In this document: positions 28,801 through 38,807 of the stretch, one piece after another
How positions within the stretch are numbered: the first letter of the stretch is position 1
Layout: every line of letters begins with the position of its first letter
DNA from: an uncultured Planctomycetales bacterium
Lineage (GTDB): Bacteria; Omnitrophota; Gorgyraeia; Zapsychrales; JBDRMG01
Length of the DNA stretch: 64,000 nt
Assembly: GCA_964478715.1 (NCBI GenBank)
Contig: CAYZIY010000010.1
Location: 2,250-66,249, forward strand
Direction of reading: 5' to 3'
Made by a program: the position numbers and the translations under genes
The notes under the pieces: model-generated
The model's database searches: none
What the model saw: only the letters and a program-made list of their open reading frames with translations
Told to the model about the DNA's origin: nothing

Positions 28801-30155
28801 GCTCTTCCAATATAAAAACATTTGTAAAAGGCGGAATCCATCCTCAGGACATGAAAATTTCCGCCGATCGACCGATTGAAAATCTTTCGGTCCCCCAAGC
28901 CGTAGCTGTTCCCGTATCGCAACATATCGGAAAACCGGCTATCCCTGTAGTCAAACCACAGGATGCGGTCAAGGTAGGGACGTTGATTGCCAAAGCAGAC
29001 GGTTTTATCTCAGCCAATATCCATAGTCCGGTATCCGGAACGATAGAGAGGATTGATCAAAGGCTGGATGTGACCGGCTATAAAAAAACCTGTATTACTG
29101 TTAAAACACAAGGGGATCAGTGGGAAGAAAGTATTGACAGATCACCGGATATCCAAAGAGATATTACTCTTTCGGCTTCCGATATTATCAAAAAAGTTCA
29201 GGAAGCAGGTATTGTCGGTTTGGGAGGCGCGACATTTCCTTCTCATGTTAAGCTTAATCCTCCAAAAGACAAGAAGGTAGAGTATGTGCTCATTAACGGA
29301 GCCGAATGCGAACCTTATCTCACTTCAGACCATCGCTTGATGATTGAAAAAACGGAAAAGATTCTGATTGGGACAAGAATCATTATGAGAACTTTGGATG
29401 TTCAAAAAGCTTACGTTGGCATTGAGGATAATAAACAAGATGCCATTGAGCGCATGCAAACGTTCTCAAAACAATATGAAGGAATCGAGGTGCGCACGCT
29501 TAAAACACTTTATCCACAAGGGGGCGAGCGTCAAATTATCAAGGCTTTTACGGGACGGGAGGTTCCACCGCCTCCAGCGGGTTTACCGCATGATGTTGGA
29601 TGCGCTGTCTTCAATGTGGCGACGACCAATGCTATTTATGAAGCTGTGCAAAAGAATAAACCTTTGATCGAAAGAGTCGTTTCGGTGACCGGGAAATCAG
29701 TTAATAATCCTGCCAACCTATTGGTTCGTTTCGGAACACCGCTGGAAGATTTAATTAATCACTGCGGCGGTTTTCCCTCAGATACAGGAAAAGTGCTTTG
29801 CGGCGGTCCCATGATGGGGCGCTCTCTGTCGACTTTGAACATTCCTTTCACCAAGGGGATGTCCGGAATCGTTTTTATCCCAAAGGATGAAGCCGGTCGT
29901 AAAGAAATATTAAATTGTATTCGGTGCGCGAAATGTGTTTCGGTCTGCCCCTTAGGTTTAGAACCTTATATGCTGATGGCCTACACGGAAAAGGGGATGA
30001 TCGATAAAGCCTGGAAAAGGAAGATCGCCAGTTGCTGTGAATGCGGATGTTGCAGCTATATCTGTCCGTCTAACAGGCCTTTATTGGATTATTTAAAATT
30101 AGGAAAGTCTATTGTTAACGCCAAAATAAGAGAGAAGAAAAAGACGCGTGGTTGA
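28797..30155 (+). CDS. rnfC: Rnf complex subunit C
   Basis: GGIHP, GIVGLGGATFP, NGAECEPYLTSD, YPQGGE, GGPMMG, two 4Fe-4S motifs. Confidence 0.97.
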   Translation: MSSSNIKTFVKGGIHPQDMKISADRPIENLSVPQAVAVPVSQHIGKPAIPVVKPQDAVKVGTLIAKADGFISANIHSPVSGTIERIDQRLDVTGYKKTCITVKTQGDQWEESIDRSPDIQRDITLSASDIIKKVQEAGIVGLGGATFPSHVKLNPPKDKKVEYVLINGAECEPYLTSDHRLMIEKTEKILIGTRIIMRTLDVQKAYVGIEDNKQDAIERMQTFSKQYEGIEVRTLKTLYPQGGERQIIKAFTGREVPPPPAGLPHDVGCAVFNVATTNAIYEAVQKNKPLIERVVSVTGKSVNNPANLLVRFGTPLEDLINHCGGFPSDTGKVLCGGPMMGRSLSTLNIPFTKGMSGIVFIPKDEAGRKEILNCIRCAKCVSVCPLGLEPYMLMAYTEKGMIDKAWKRKIASCCECGCCSYICPSNRPLLDYLKLGKSIVNAKIREKKKTRG

Positions 30156-31137
30156 AAATAAAAAACTAATCGTTACACTGGCTCCGCACGTTCAAGGACA
30201 ATATTCCGTAAAGAAGATGATGTGGTCAGTTATCTTGGCTTTGTTGCCGGCTTTAGCGGTATCTATTGCGGTTTTCGGATTTCGCGCTTTAGAGATTGTC
30301 CTTTATTCGGTAATTTGCTGCATTTTATGCGAATATATAATCCAACGGTTTCTACTCAAGGTCAAGTCTAGTATTCATGACGGATCTGCGGTTATTACCG
30401 GAATTCTTTTGGCCTACAATGTTCCTAGCAGTATTCCGCTGTGGATGATTCTTGTCGGGGCTATTGTTGCCATTGGAATCGGGAAAATGTCTTTTGGCGG
30501 CTTGGGAAATAATCCCTTCAATCCGGCTTTAGTCGGACGTGTATTTTTGCTGATTTCATTTCCTGTGGCCATGACCTCATGGCCCAAACCATTTGCTTAT
30601 CGCTTTGCTATAGACGGCATCACCGCGGCCACTCCCCTGGGCATTCTCAAAGAAGGTATGAAAAACCAGGTGCCGGTATCAGCGATTATGAACAAAGTAC
30701 CAAGTTATGTTGATCTTTTTATCGGACGTGTCGGTGGTTGCATCGGAGAGATCTCTGCTTTGGCTCTCTTGATCGGTTTCGTCTATCTGATTTTTAAAAA
30801 AGTCATTACCTGGCATATTCCCGTAGCGGTGTCGGGTGGGATTTTCTTCTTTAGCGGTATTCTTTGGCTGATGGATCCTAGAAATTTTGCTGATCCCCTT
30901 TTTCAGATATTGACCGGTGGTGTTATGCTAGGAGCAATTTTTATGGCTACCGATTATGTGACATCGCCGATGACACCTAAAGGCATGCTGATTTTTGGTT
31001 TAGGAATAGCTTTATTGACAGTTTTGATCAGAACATTCGGTACTTATCCGGAAGGTGTTTCCTTTGCTATTTTAATCATGAATGCTTTTGTTCCATTGAT
31101 CGATCAACATTGTCCGCCGCAGAGATTCGGAGAATAA
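30148..31137 (+). CDS. rnfD: Rnf complex subunit D
   Basis: FGGLGNNPFNPAL, ATPL FMN site, FMATDYVTSP, YPEGV. Confidence 0.97.
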   Translation: MVENKKLIVTLAPHVQGQYSVKKMMWSVILALLPALAVSIAVFGFRALEIVLYSVICCILCEYIIQRFLLKVKSSIHDGSAVITGILLAYNVPSSIPLWMILVGAIVAIGIGKMSFGGLGNNPFNPALVGRVFLLISFPVAMTSWPKPFAYRFAIDGITAATPLGILKEGMKNQVPVSAIMNKVPSYVDLFIGRVGGCIGEISALALLIGFVYLIFKKVITWHIPVAVSGGIFFFSGILWLMDPRNFADPLFQILTGGVMLGAIFMATDYVTSPMTPKGMLIFGLGIALLTVLIRTFGTYPEGVSFAILIMNAFVPLIDQHCPPQRFGE

Positions 31138-31138
31138 G

Positions 31139-31720
31139 ATGTCTAAAAGAAAATCCAATTTCAGCAATATGACTATCACTATGACATCGGTTGCCTTCAT
31201 AGCCTCTTTGGCTTTGGGTTTTGTTTATGAAAGAACAAAAGAGCCTATTGAAAAATCTGTTTTGCAAAGAAAGATTCGCGCTATTCGTCAGGTTGTTCCC
31301 GTATTTGATAACAATCCCATTGAAGAGAAGAAGACGGTTGGTGATGCTGAGGGGTCGTTTGTTTTTTATCCGGCCAAAAAAGACGGTTCCCTGGTTGGCA
31401 TGGCTGTTGAATCTTCTTCAGAACATGGATTCAGCGGGACTATCCGCATTATAGTCGGATTTTTACCCGATGGGACCATTGAAAATATCGCCGTTGTGGA
31501 ACATAGGGAAACGCCGGGCCTTGGTGATAAAATCGAAGCAAAAAAATCTGATTTCATTGATCAGTTCAGAAAGAAAAATCCGGCTACGTTTCAATTGAGC
31601 CTTGAGAAAGATGGGGGAGATGTAGACGCCATTACGGCAGCGACATATAGCTCAAGGGCGTTTTGTGAAGCCGCTAAAAGAGCTTATGAGGCTTATAGAA
31701 AACAAAGGATGCGGGAATGA
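31139..31720 (+). CDS. rnfG: Rnf complex subunit G
   Basis: [20 protein letters not shown] site. Confidence 0.95.
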   Translation: MSKRKSNFSNMTITMTSVAFIASLALGFVYERTKEPIEKSVLQRKIRAIRQVVPVFDNNPIEEKKTVGDAEGSFVFYPAKKDGSLVGMAVESSSEHGFSGTIRIIVGFLPDGTIENIAVVEHRETPGLGDKIEAKKSDFIDQFRKKNPATFQLSLEKDGGDVDAITAATYSSRAFCEAAKRAYEAYRKQRMRE

Positions 31721-32304
31721 ATCATTGGCAAAATTTCACGAAAGGTTTCTTAAAGGAAAATCCTGTTTTTATCCTTCTTCTGGGCTTGTGTCCGACACTG
31801 GGCGTGACCACAACCGCCATCAATGGAATCGGAATGGGATTAGCGACAACTTTTGTTTTGGTGATGTCAAATATTGTTATATCAATTATTAAAAATCTTA
31901 TCCCTGATAAGGTAAGAATCCCTTGCTTTATCGTCATCATTGCTTCATTTGTAACGATTGTTGATCTGATTATGGCGGCCTATTTTTCACATTTGCACGA
32001 ACAACTGGGATTATTCATACCTTTGATCGTGGTCAACTGTATTATTTTAGGAAGGGCCGAAGCTTTTGCCTCAAAGCATAATTTTACGTCTTCTGTAATT
32101 GATGGGCTGGGAATGGGCCTTGGATTTTCTTTTGCTGTCACATTACTTGGATCAGCGCGCGAATTATTGGGAAGCGCAAGTTTTTTTAATAACAAACTCG
32201 TTTCAAGTGATGGTATGCTTTTGTTTATCCTGCCTCCCGGGGCCTTTATTGTGCTGGGGTATCTGATTGCCATTGTTAATAGAATCAATCGAGGACAACG
32301 CTGA
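31717..32304 (+). CDS. rnfE: Rnf complex subunit E
   Basis: [31 protein letters not shown]. Confidence 0.97.
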   Translation: MNHWQNFTKGFLKENPVFILLLGLCPTLGVTTTAINGIGMGLATTFVLVMSNIVISIIKNLIPDKVRIPCFIVIIASFVTIVDLIMAAYFSHLHEQLGLFIPLIVVNCIILGRAEAFASKHNFTSSVIDGLGMGLGFSFAVTLLGSARELLGSASFFNNKLVSSDGMLLFILPPGAFIVLGYLIAIVNRINRGQR

Positions 32305-32879
32305 TGGAATATTTCTTAATTATTATTTCGGCCATTTTTGTCAATAACATAGTCCTGAACAGATTCTTGGGCATATGCCCGTTTTTGGGAGTTTCTAACA
32401 AAACAACGAGCTCAATCGGCATGAGTGCGGCGGTTTGCTTTGTTATGACTTTAGCAACGGTTGTCACCTATTTGATTTATCATTATATTCTGATCCCTTA
32501 CGACATTCGTTTTATGCAGACGATTGTCTATATTCTTGTAATCGCTTCTTTAGTTCAGATGGTGGAAATCATCATTCGCAAAGTCAGCCCTGCCTTGTAT
32601 CAGGCTCTCGGTGTATATTTGCCGCTCATTACGACCAATTGCGCTATTTTAGGTGTTGCGATTCTGGTCATTCAAAAACAGTTCAACTTAATTGAAAGTA
32701 CGGTTTTTGCTTTTGCGACTGCTGTTGGTTTTGGACTGGCCTTAATGGTTTTTTCATCGATTCGAGAACATCTTGACACATTGGATATCCCTGAATCTAT
32801 GAAGGGTGCTCCTATTGCGCTTATTGTCGCCGGTCTTTTGTCCTTAGCCTTTATGGGTTTTGCCGGTCTTATTCGATAG
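32304..32879 (+). CDS. rnfA: Rnf complex subunit A
   Basis: NNIVL..FLGICPFLGVS, YLPLITTNCAILG. Confidence 0.97.
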   Translation: MEYFLIIISAIFVNNIVLNRFLGICPFLGVSNKTTSSIGMSAAVCFVMTLATVVTYLIYHYILIPYDIRFMQTIVYILVIASLVQMVEIIIRKVSPALYQALGVYLPLITTNCAILGVAILVIQKQFNLIESTVFAFATAVGFGLALMVFSSIREHLDTLDIPESMKGAPIALIVAGLLSLAFMGFAGLIR

Positions 32880-32897
32880 CAGGAAAGCTCATCCCTC

Positions 32898-33929
32898 ATG
32901 CCAGAAGACAGTTTTCAAAAAGATTATCTTGCTAGATATGCGACTTACAATCCAGATGGAAGTATAACCTGCACGCTTTGCCCAAGGGGTTGTGTTATTA
33001 AAGAAGGGAAAAGAGGATTCTGTTTTGTTCGAAAAAACGTAAACGGAAAAATAGTTCTGACCGCATACGGACAAAGCAGTGGTTTTGCTATTGATCCGAT
33101 TGAAAAGAAACCGCTTTATCATTTTCTGCCCGGATCAAAAACATTGTCTTTTGGAACAGCGGGATGCAACTTAGCTTGTGAATTTTGTCAAAATTGGAAT
33201 TTAAGCCGTGCCGAAACAACCCAGCGTATGAGCGAACGCGCATCGCCTGAAATGATCGCCCAAGCGGCCCGGAAATTCGATTGTCGAAGCGTGGCCTTTA
33301 CCTACAATGATCCCGTTATTTTTCTAGAATACGCTGTCGATGCTGCCAAAGAGTGTCATGCGGCCGGCATTGGGACAGTCGCTGTCACAGCCGGGTATAT
33401 CAATTCCGCAGCTCGGGAAGAATTCTTTGAGCACATCGATGCCGTTAATGTTGATTTAAAATCAATCCGAGAAGAATTTTACAAAAAAATGACCAAAGGA
33501 CATCTTCAGCCTGTTCTGGATACCTTGATTTACATAAAGAAGAAGAAGAAAACGTGGCTTGAGATTACGAATCTTCTGATTCCTGAGAAAAATGATTCCG
33601 AGAAGGAAATAATCCAGATGTGCCAATGGATCATTGATCAACTGGGAAAGGATATTCCCCTGCACTTTAGTGCTTTTCACCCCGATTACAAATTATTAGA
33701 TGCGTCTGCCACGACGGTGGAGACATTGAGAAATGCGAGGGAAATTGCTTTATCTAAGGGCATTCGATATGTATATTGCGGAAACATCTCTATGGAAGAA
33801 GGGTCTGATACCCATTGCCATAAATGTCGGGAAGTGCTGATTTCTCGCGATTGGTTTGATGTTACGCAATGTCATCTTAAGCAGGGGAAATGCCCTAAGT
33901 GTCAAACACCTTTACCGGGAATTTTTTAG
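32898..33929 (+). CDS. amrS: AmmeMemoRadiSam-system radical SAM enzyme
   Basis: CTLCPRGC, DPIEKKPLYHFLPG, GCNLACEFCQNW, FTYNDP, LHFSAFHP. Confidence 0.9.
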   Translation: MPEDSFQKDYLARYATYNPDGSITCTLCPRGCVIKEGKRGFCFVRKNVNGKIVLTAYGQSSGFAIDPIEKKPLYHFLPGSKTLSFGTAGCNLACEFCQNWNLSRAETTQRMSERASPEMIAQAARKFDCRSVAFTYNDPVIFLEYAVDAAKECHAAGIGTVAVTAGYINSAAREEFFEHIDAVNVDLKSIREEFYKKMTKGHLQPVLDTLIYIKKKKKTWLEITNLLIPEKNDSEKEIIQMCQWIIDQLGKDIPLHFSAFHPDYKLLDASATTVETLRNAREIALSKGIRYVYCGNISMEEGSDTHCHKCREVLISRDWFDVTQCHLKQGKCPKCQTPLPGIF

Positions 33930-33932
33930 GCA

Positions 33933-34703
33933 ATGAAAAGGATTATCAGCTGGAATGTTAACGGAATCCGAGCTATCCTGAAAAAGGGATTTATCAGCTG
34001 GCTCATGAAAGAGAACCCCGATATTCTTTGCTTGCAGGAAACGAAGGCCGATCCTGAGCAGTTAAGTAATGATTTGCTTAGACCTTACGGCTACTATTCT
34101 TATTGGAACACAGCCGAGAAAAAAGGCTATAGTGGTGTTTGCATTTACTCAAAACAAGAGCCGGTTTCTGTCAAAAAGGGATTAGGGATAAAAGAATTCG
34201 ACATCGAAGGCCGGCAGCTCGAGCTTGACTTCAAAAAATTTGTTTTAATCAATACTTATTTCCCCAATGGGGGAAAGGGTAATATCAGGGTTCCTTATAA
34301 GATGAGGTATTATGAAGCTTTTCTAAAAAGGATCAAAAAATTAAGCAAACAAAGAAGGGAGATTATCTTCTGTGGCGATATCAATACGGCGCACAAGGAG
34401 ATGGATTTGGCGCGTCCCAAACAGAATGAAAAGAATACCGGTTTCTTGCCCGAAGAAAGAGCCTGGATCTCGCAAGTGGTCTCCAAGGGATTCATTGATA
34501 CCTTTCGGCATTTCTGCTCAGATCCCTGTCATTATACCTGGTGGGATTATAAGACAAGTGCTCGCAAGCGAAACGTTGGTTGGCGTCTCGATTATTTTTT
34601 TATTTCATCAAATCTGTTGCCAAATCTTAGAAATGCCATTATTCTAAAAGACGTGATGGGTTCCGACCATTGCCCCATCGCCATTACACTCGATAAAATA
34701 TGA
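33933..34703 (+). CDS. xth: Exodeoxyribonuclease III / AP endonuclease
   Basis: SWNVNGIR, LQETK, GYSGV, GDIN.AH, GWRLDY, GSDHCP. Confidence 0.95.
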   Translation: MKRIISWNVNGIRAILKKGFISWLMKENPDILCLQETKADPEQLSNDLLRPYGYYSYWNTAEKKGYSGVCIYSKQEPVSVKKGLGIKEFDIEGRQLELDFKKFVLINTYFPNGGKGNIRVPYKMRYYEAFLKRIKKLSKQRREIIFCGDINTAHKEMDLARPKQNEKNTGFLPEERAWISQVVSKGFIDTFRHFCSDPCHYTWWDYKTSARKRNVGWRLDYFFISSNLLPNLRNAIILKDVMGSDHCPIAITLDKI

Positions 34704-35350
34704 CAAAATCAATCGAAAAAATCAAAAATCGACTCGAGACGATCGGCGAAGATCCTTTCCGGCGACATGTCTTAGAAACAGCATTGAAATTTAGAACATC
34801 CTGGATTGAATTGGGACGTTCGCTGTTTTCCGTTTACAAGGATAAAAAATACCGCGAGTGGGGTTATCAAACGTTTGAGATCTATATCGTTAAAGAAATC
34901 GGTATCCGCAAGCAAACGTCAATGAAGCTGCTTCGAAGTTATTCCTTCCTAGAAAAGGAAGAGCCGCAGATTTTAAGCCATGTACAGCACGGAGATGTCA
35001 AGACCCACCATTTTCCGGACTATGAATCGATCGATATTCTCAGGCAGGCCAAGAATAAAAATATCGATAAAGATGATTATGTGTCTCTTAAAGAAAAGAT
35101 ATTTCTTAAAGGAAAAGATGCCAAGGAAATCAGGAAAGATTTAACTACCTTGATCAGAGAGCGCGAAGAGATGACACCTCAAGAGGCCTTTGAGAAAAAG
35201 AGCTCTGTACAGATCAGGAGAGTGATCTCAGTGCTCAAAAGCTTAAGCCGTGAGATTGAAACCTCCCAGATCATCCCCCATAAGTATATTCAAACGATCA
35301 AAAAATTAATTGCAGATATATCAAGTATTTCTCAAAGCAAGGAAGAGTAA
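34700..35350 (+). CDS. Hypothetical helical protein, possibly DNA-binding
   Basis: ATGA overlap with xth; SWIELG..L......YREWGY.TF..Y...EIGI.K.T..KL looks like a conserved HTH-like segment. Confidence 0.75.
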   Translation: MTKSIEKIKNRLETIGEDPFRRHVLETALKFRTSWIELGRSLFSVYKDKKYREWGYQTFEIYIVKEIGIRKQTSMKLLRSYSFLEKEEPQILSHVQHGDVKTHHFPDYESIDILRQAKNKNIDKDDYVSLKEKIFLKGKDAKEIRKDLTTLIREREEMTPQEAFEKKSSVQIRRVISVLKSLSREIETSQIIPHKYIQTIKKLIADISSISQSKEE

Positions 35351-35355
35351 AGAAG

Positions 35356-36261
35356 ATGAAAAAATTGCTGATATCTTTGATGGTCGTCTTTTTGATTTGG
35401 GGCACAGTCTTGGCGCAAGAAAAACTTGAGCCCCCGCAAGAAGGAGCTATACAGACCTATTATCCTGATGGCCAATTGAAAGAAGAAGTTTTTTATCAAT
35501 CGGGAAAGCTTCACGGACAAGCTAAAAAATATTTTAAAAACGGAACTGTCCATCAGGAGGCTGCATTTGAAAAGGGTGAGCTTGTTGGAATAGGCAGAGT
35601 ATATTATCCGACAGGAATTATCAAAAACGAGTATCAGTATAAAGATGGAAAAGTTCATGGTATTAAGCAATATGACGAAGCTGGCAAACTGATAAGCAAT
35701 ACATTTAAAGAGAAACCTAGAGAAGGCGAGCTTATCCAGGGAAGAGATAGGGTCTGGGGCCAAGAATCAACGGTCATCACTTTAAAGGGATCCGGGTCTC
35801 AAGCCGAGACAATGGAAGATTTTTTTAACAATTTTGAGCAGCCCTCCGGCGAGAAGCAGGTTGAAATGCTAGTCAAGAAATACTCCAAAGAGTATAGAAA
35901 AATTATGAAAGAAAATCCCTGGCTGGTTTATGCTGTTCTTTTTGTGGTAATATTTGGATACTTAATCATCAGGGTGCCGGTTTATTTACTCGCCCAGAAA
36001 ACGGGAAACGGATCAGCCGGATGGTTGGCCTTCTTGCCGGTTTTTGATATGCTTCTAATTCTCTGGATGGGTCAAAAAAGCGGGTGGTGGATACTCGTTT
36101 CTCTGGTCCCGCTTGTAGGGCCTCTCATTTTGCTTATTCTCTATATTATCTGTTGGGTTGTTATTGCCGAGACGAGAGGCAAGCCGGCCTGGGTTGGATT
36201 GCTGGTCATCATTCCGGTGATTGGATTCTTTGTGAAGTGGTATCTTGCGATCGCGGATTAG
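35356..36261 (+). CDS. Exported MORN-variant-repeat domain fused to a multi-TM C-terminal domain (DUF5684-like)
   Basis: Signal peptide; repeats YYPDGQLK / YFKNGTV / YYPTGIIK; C-terminal WLAFLP..., GQKSGWW, GKPAW. Confidence 0.75.
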   Translation: MKKLLISLMVVFLIWGTVLAQEKLEPPQEGAIQTYYPDGQLKEEVFYQSGKLHGQAKKYFKNGTVHQEAAFEKGELVGIGRVYYPTGIIKNEYQYKDGKVHGIKQYDEAGKLISNTFKEKPREGELIQGRDRVWGQESTVITLKGSGSQAETMEDFFNNFEQPSGEKQVEMLVKKYSKEYRKIMKENPWLVYAVLFVVIFGYLIIRVPVYLLAQKTGNGSAGWLAFLPVFDMLLILWMGQKSGWWILVSLVPLVGPLILLILYIICWVVIAETRGKPAWVGLLVIIPVIGFFVKWYLAIAD

Positions 36262-36422
36262 AAACGACTTCTACTTTTTTCTTCAACAGTTTCTTTCTCA
36301 CTCTTATTTTGATCCATCTTGGAAATGCCATAGAAAATAACCGCTGAAACTAAAACCGCTGGAATCAAAAAGCCCAAAATCAAACCCGGAATAAGAATAT
36401 CTTTTTTCTTTGTTGTTGGCAT
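36258..36422 (-). CDS. 54-aa single-TM protein (below ORF-track cutoff)
   Basis: AAGGA SD; MPTTKKKDILIPGLILGFLIPAVLVSAVIFYGISKMDQNKSEKETVEEKSRSRF*. Confidence 0.65.
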   Translation of the reverse strand: MPTTKKKDILIPGLILGFLIPAVLVSAVIFYGISKMDQNKSEKETVEEKSRSRF

Positions 36423-36488
36423 AACTGCATCCTTTTAAGAATATTATATTGCAAAAAGCATTAAGCCGAAACTCTTTATTTGTAAATT

Positions 36489-36712
36489 ATGGATAAGATT
36501 TTAATTAAGAAAGGTGACACAACAGATGAGGGCGCAGATGCCATCGTCAATGTGCCGCCAATGCAGGGCTTAAACGAGGCGGGGTGTTGACGGCGCTATT
36601 TGACGATCCGCAGGGCCTTCGGTGTCGAATGAGTGTTAAAAAATAGGTTATTGCGAAACAGGCGGAGCTGTGACTGCTTAAGCAGGTCAATTGAAGGCCA
36701 AGATCATTAGTT
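36489..36712 (+). pseudogene. Decayed macrodomain (YmdB-like O-acetyl-ADP-ribose deacetylase)
   Basis: Across frameshifts and stops: MDKILIKKGDTT...DAIVN / AANAGLKRG / GVDGAI*RSAGP...EC*KIG.CETG.AV..*AGQLKAK. Confidence 0.75.
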
Positions 36713-36744
36713 ATATCAAGAGTTGAAAGACAGGGAGCAATGAA

Positions 36745-37254
36745 ATGAGGGAAACATTCATGGCTGTAACGATAAGCATTCTGTTAATCGTTTCGGCATA
36801 CGCGCAAAAAGGAGGTGGGGAAATGAAATTAACGAGTCCGGCCTTTGGGCACAATGAAATGATTCCGAAGAAATATACTTGTCAGGGTGATGATATTTCA
36901 CCGCCTTTAACTATTAAAAATATTCCAGCGGAAACAAAAAACCTGGCTCTTGTCATCGATGATCCCGACGCGCCGATGGGGACCTGGGATCACTGGATCG
37001 TTTACAACATTGATCCTGCAGAGGAAATTAAAGAAAACTCGATTCCTGGAGTGGAAGGTCACAATTCTTTCGGACGGCTTCATTATGGGGGTCCGTGCCC
37101 ACCCAGCGGAACACATCGATATTTTCATAAAATATATGCCTTGGATGAAAAAATGGACTTGCCGGAAGGGATTTCAAAATCTCAACTAGAAAACAAAATG
37201 CAAGATCATATTCTTGATCAGGCTGAATTAATTGGCCTTTATCGAAAAAATTAA
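36745..37254 (+). CDS. YbhB/YbcL (PEBP) family protein
   Basis: LTSPAF, YTCQG..SPPL, DDPDAP..WDHW, YGGPCPP.G.HRY. Confidence 0.92.
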   Translation: MRETFMAVTISILLIVSAYAQKGGGEMKLTSPAFGHNEMIPKKYTCQGDDISPPLTIKNIPAETKNLALVIDDPDAPMGTWDHWIVYNIDPAEEIKENSIPGVEGHNSFGRLHYGGPCPPSGTHRYFHKIYALDEKMDLPEGISKSQLENKMQDHILDQAELIGLYRKN

Positions 37255-38684
37255 GGATTTTTCTTCGATAAAAAGTAATGACAGAAAGACCTTAATCCGT
37301 AAATTTTGCGCAGTAAATCTCCCCTGTCTCTAATAGATGTCAACATCCTCAGGATTTGGCCGGGTCTTAAGTAAAACTCCTTCAAGCCGATATCGATCCA
37401 TTGATCTATTTCTTGACGGGAAAGCTGGGGATAATTTAATAGCGTTTGCTGTTCGCGCTCTGGCGAAAGCCATTCTCGCCAATTTCCCGGAATCAGCCAA
37501 CCATTTTTTTTGGCCTGCCGATACATCTCGGTTCCCGGATAAGTCGCAATGCCGGTAAATTGAACCGTATCCAGAGGTAGTTTTTTGGCAAAATCAACCG
37601 TGGCCCTGGCGCTCTCTTGGGTCTCTCCGGGAGCTCCAATCATAAAACAACCATGGATAACAAAGCCAAGATCATGAGCCCGCTGAGCAAATTTTCTTGA
37701 GATATCGATACTGACGCCGCCTTTTTTTACCGACTTTAAGGCTTCATCGGTGCCGAATTCAAAGCCAACCATGAGCATACGGCAACCGGCTTTCTTCATT
37801 AAAGGGAGAATATCCAAATCAATATTGACCCGCGCATTACAGGACCAGCAAATCTTTTGATGAATATTTCTCTTTAATATTTCATGACAAATATCGATAG
37901 CGTGGTCGCTGTCGGCGGCAAAAGTATCGGTTTCAAACATAATTTCTCTGATGGAGGGATGGACGTTTAGATCGTACTCCATTTCATCAACAACGAGTTT
38001 TGCATCTCGATTTCTTAGTTTTCGACCGTACATAATTTGAGGATCACGGCAAAAAGTGCAGGCATTGTTACAGCCTCTTGCCGTCAAAAGCGTCAAGAAA
38101 GGATATTTTTTCCCCGCGTCCGGATACCACTTAGGATCAATTAAATGCCAGGCGGGAAAAGGAAGCGAGTTGATATCCAGAGACGGCCGGTCTTTATTGC
38201 GTATAATCTTCTGGTTGTCTTTAAAGCAAAGTCCGGGTATGTCTTTAGGGGCTAACCCATTGGCTAAATCCAGAAGCGTTAAATCATATTCGCCGATAGC
38301 AATATAATCAATTCTATCTTTTGCTAACCTAAAGGTGTCTTCATATTCTGCTGAAACATGCTGACCGATAAAAACGATTCGGCAAGATACAACATCTTTG
38401 ATTTTGCCAGCCAAATCGAGATCCTCATAAATGGAGGGGGTCGTAGCGTAAATGATCACTAGATCAGGACCGCTTTGCTTGATTTTCTCTACAGTTTCTT
38501 CCGTCATCAAATTCAAAGCGGCGGCATCGCAGAATTGCACATCATGTTTGTTGTTCAGTAAAATTTGGGTCGCAATAAGAAGATAATCCGGATGGCGTTG
38601 GACCCGCCCTCTTGATTTGGCAGCCCACCGAGCGGATCGAACAAAATTCTCACCAAATGAGGGGTTAAGGACAAATATTTTCAT
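37251..38684 (-). CDS. B12-binding-domain radical SAM protein
   Basis: N-terminal B12-binding region (IGQH, IGEYD), RGCNNACTFC, GFEFG, FMIG.PGET; AGGAG SD before ATG 38684. Confidence 0.88.
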   Translation of the reverse strand: MKIFVLNPSFGENFVRSARWAAKSRGRVQRHPDYLLIATQILLNNKHDVQFCDAAALNLMTEETVEKIKQSGPDLVIIYATTPSIYEDLDLAGKIKDVVSCRIVFIGQHVSAEYEDTFRLAKDRIDYIAIGEYDLTLLDLANGLAPKDIPGLCFKDNQKIIRNKDRPSLDINSLPFPAWHLIDPKWYPDAGKKYPFLTLLTARGCNNACTFCRDPQIMYGRKLRNRDAKLVVDEMEYDLNVHPSIREIMFETDTFAADSDHAIDICHEILKRNIHQKICWSCNARVNIDLDILPLMKKAGCRMLMVGFEFGTDEALKSVKKGGVSIDISRKFAQRAHDLGFVIHGCFMIGAPGETQESARATVDFAKKLPLDTVQFTGIATYPGTEMYRQAKKNGWLIPGNWREWLSPEREQQTLLNYPQLSRQEIDQWIDIGLKEFYLRPGQILRMLTSIRDRGDLLRKIYGLRSFCHYFLSKKNP

Positions 38685-38759
38685 GCAGAATCTCCTGCAT
38701 CCAATCTTAGCGGAATTTATTCCAAATTCAAGGGATATTCCACAATCCTCAGGCGCATA

Positions 38760-38788
38760 TTGACGCAATGCTCTCCTTCGCCTATAAT
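38760..38788 (+). promoter_or_regulatory. Sigma70 promoter of acnA-leuC-leuD
   Basis: TTGACG-17 nt-TATAAT. Confidence 0.75.
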
Positions 38789-38807
38789 GGGCAAATACTA
38801 AAGGGGG

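Noticed and set aside
32898-33929. Complete AmmeMemoRadiSam system
   Set aside because: Only the radical SAM gene is present; AmrA and AmrB are not in the window.
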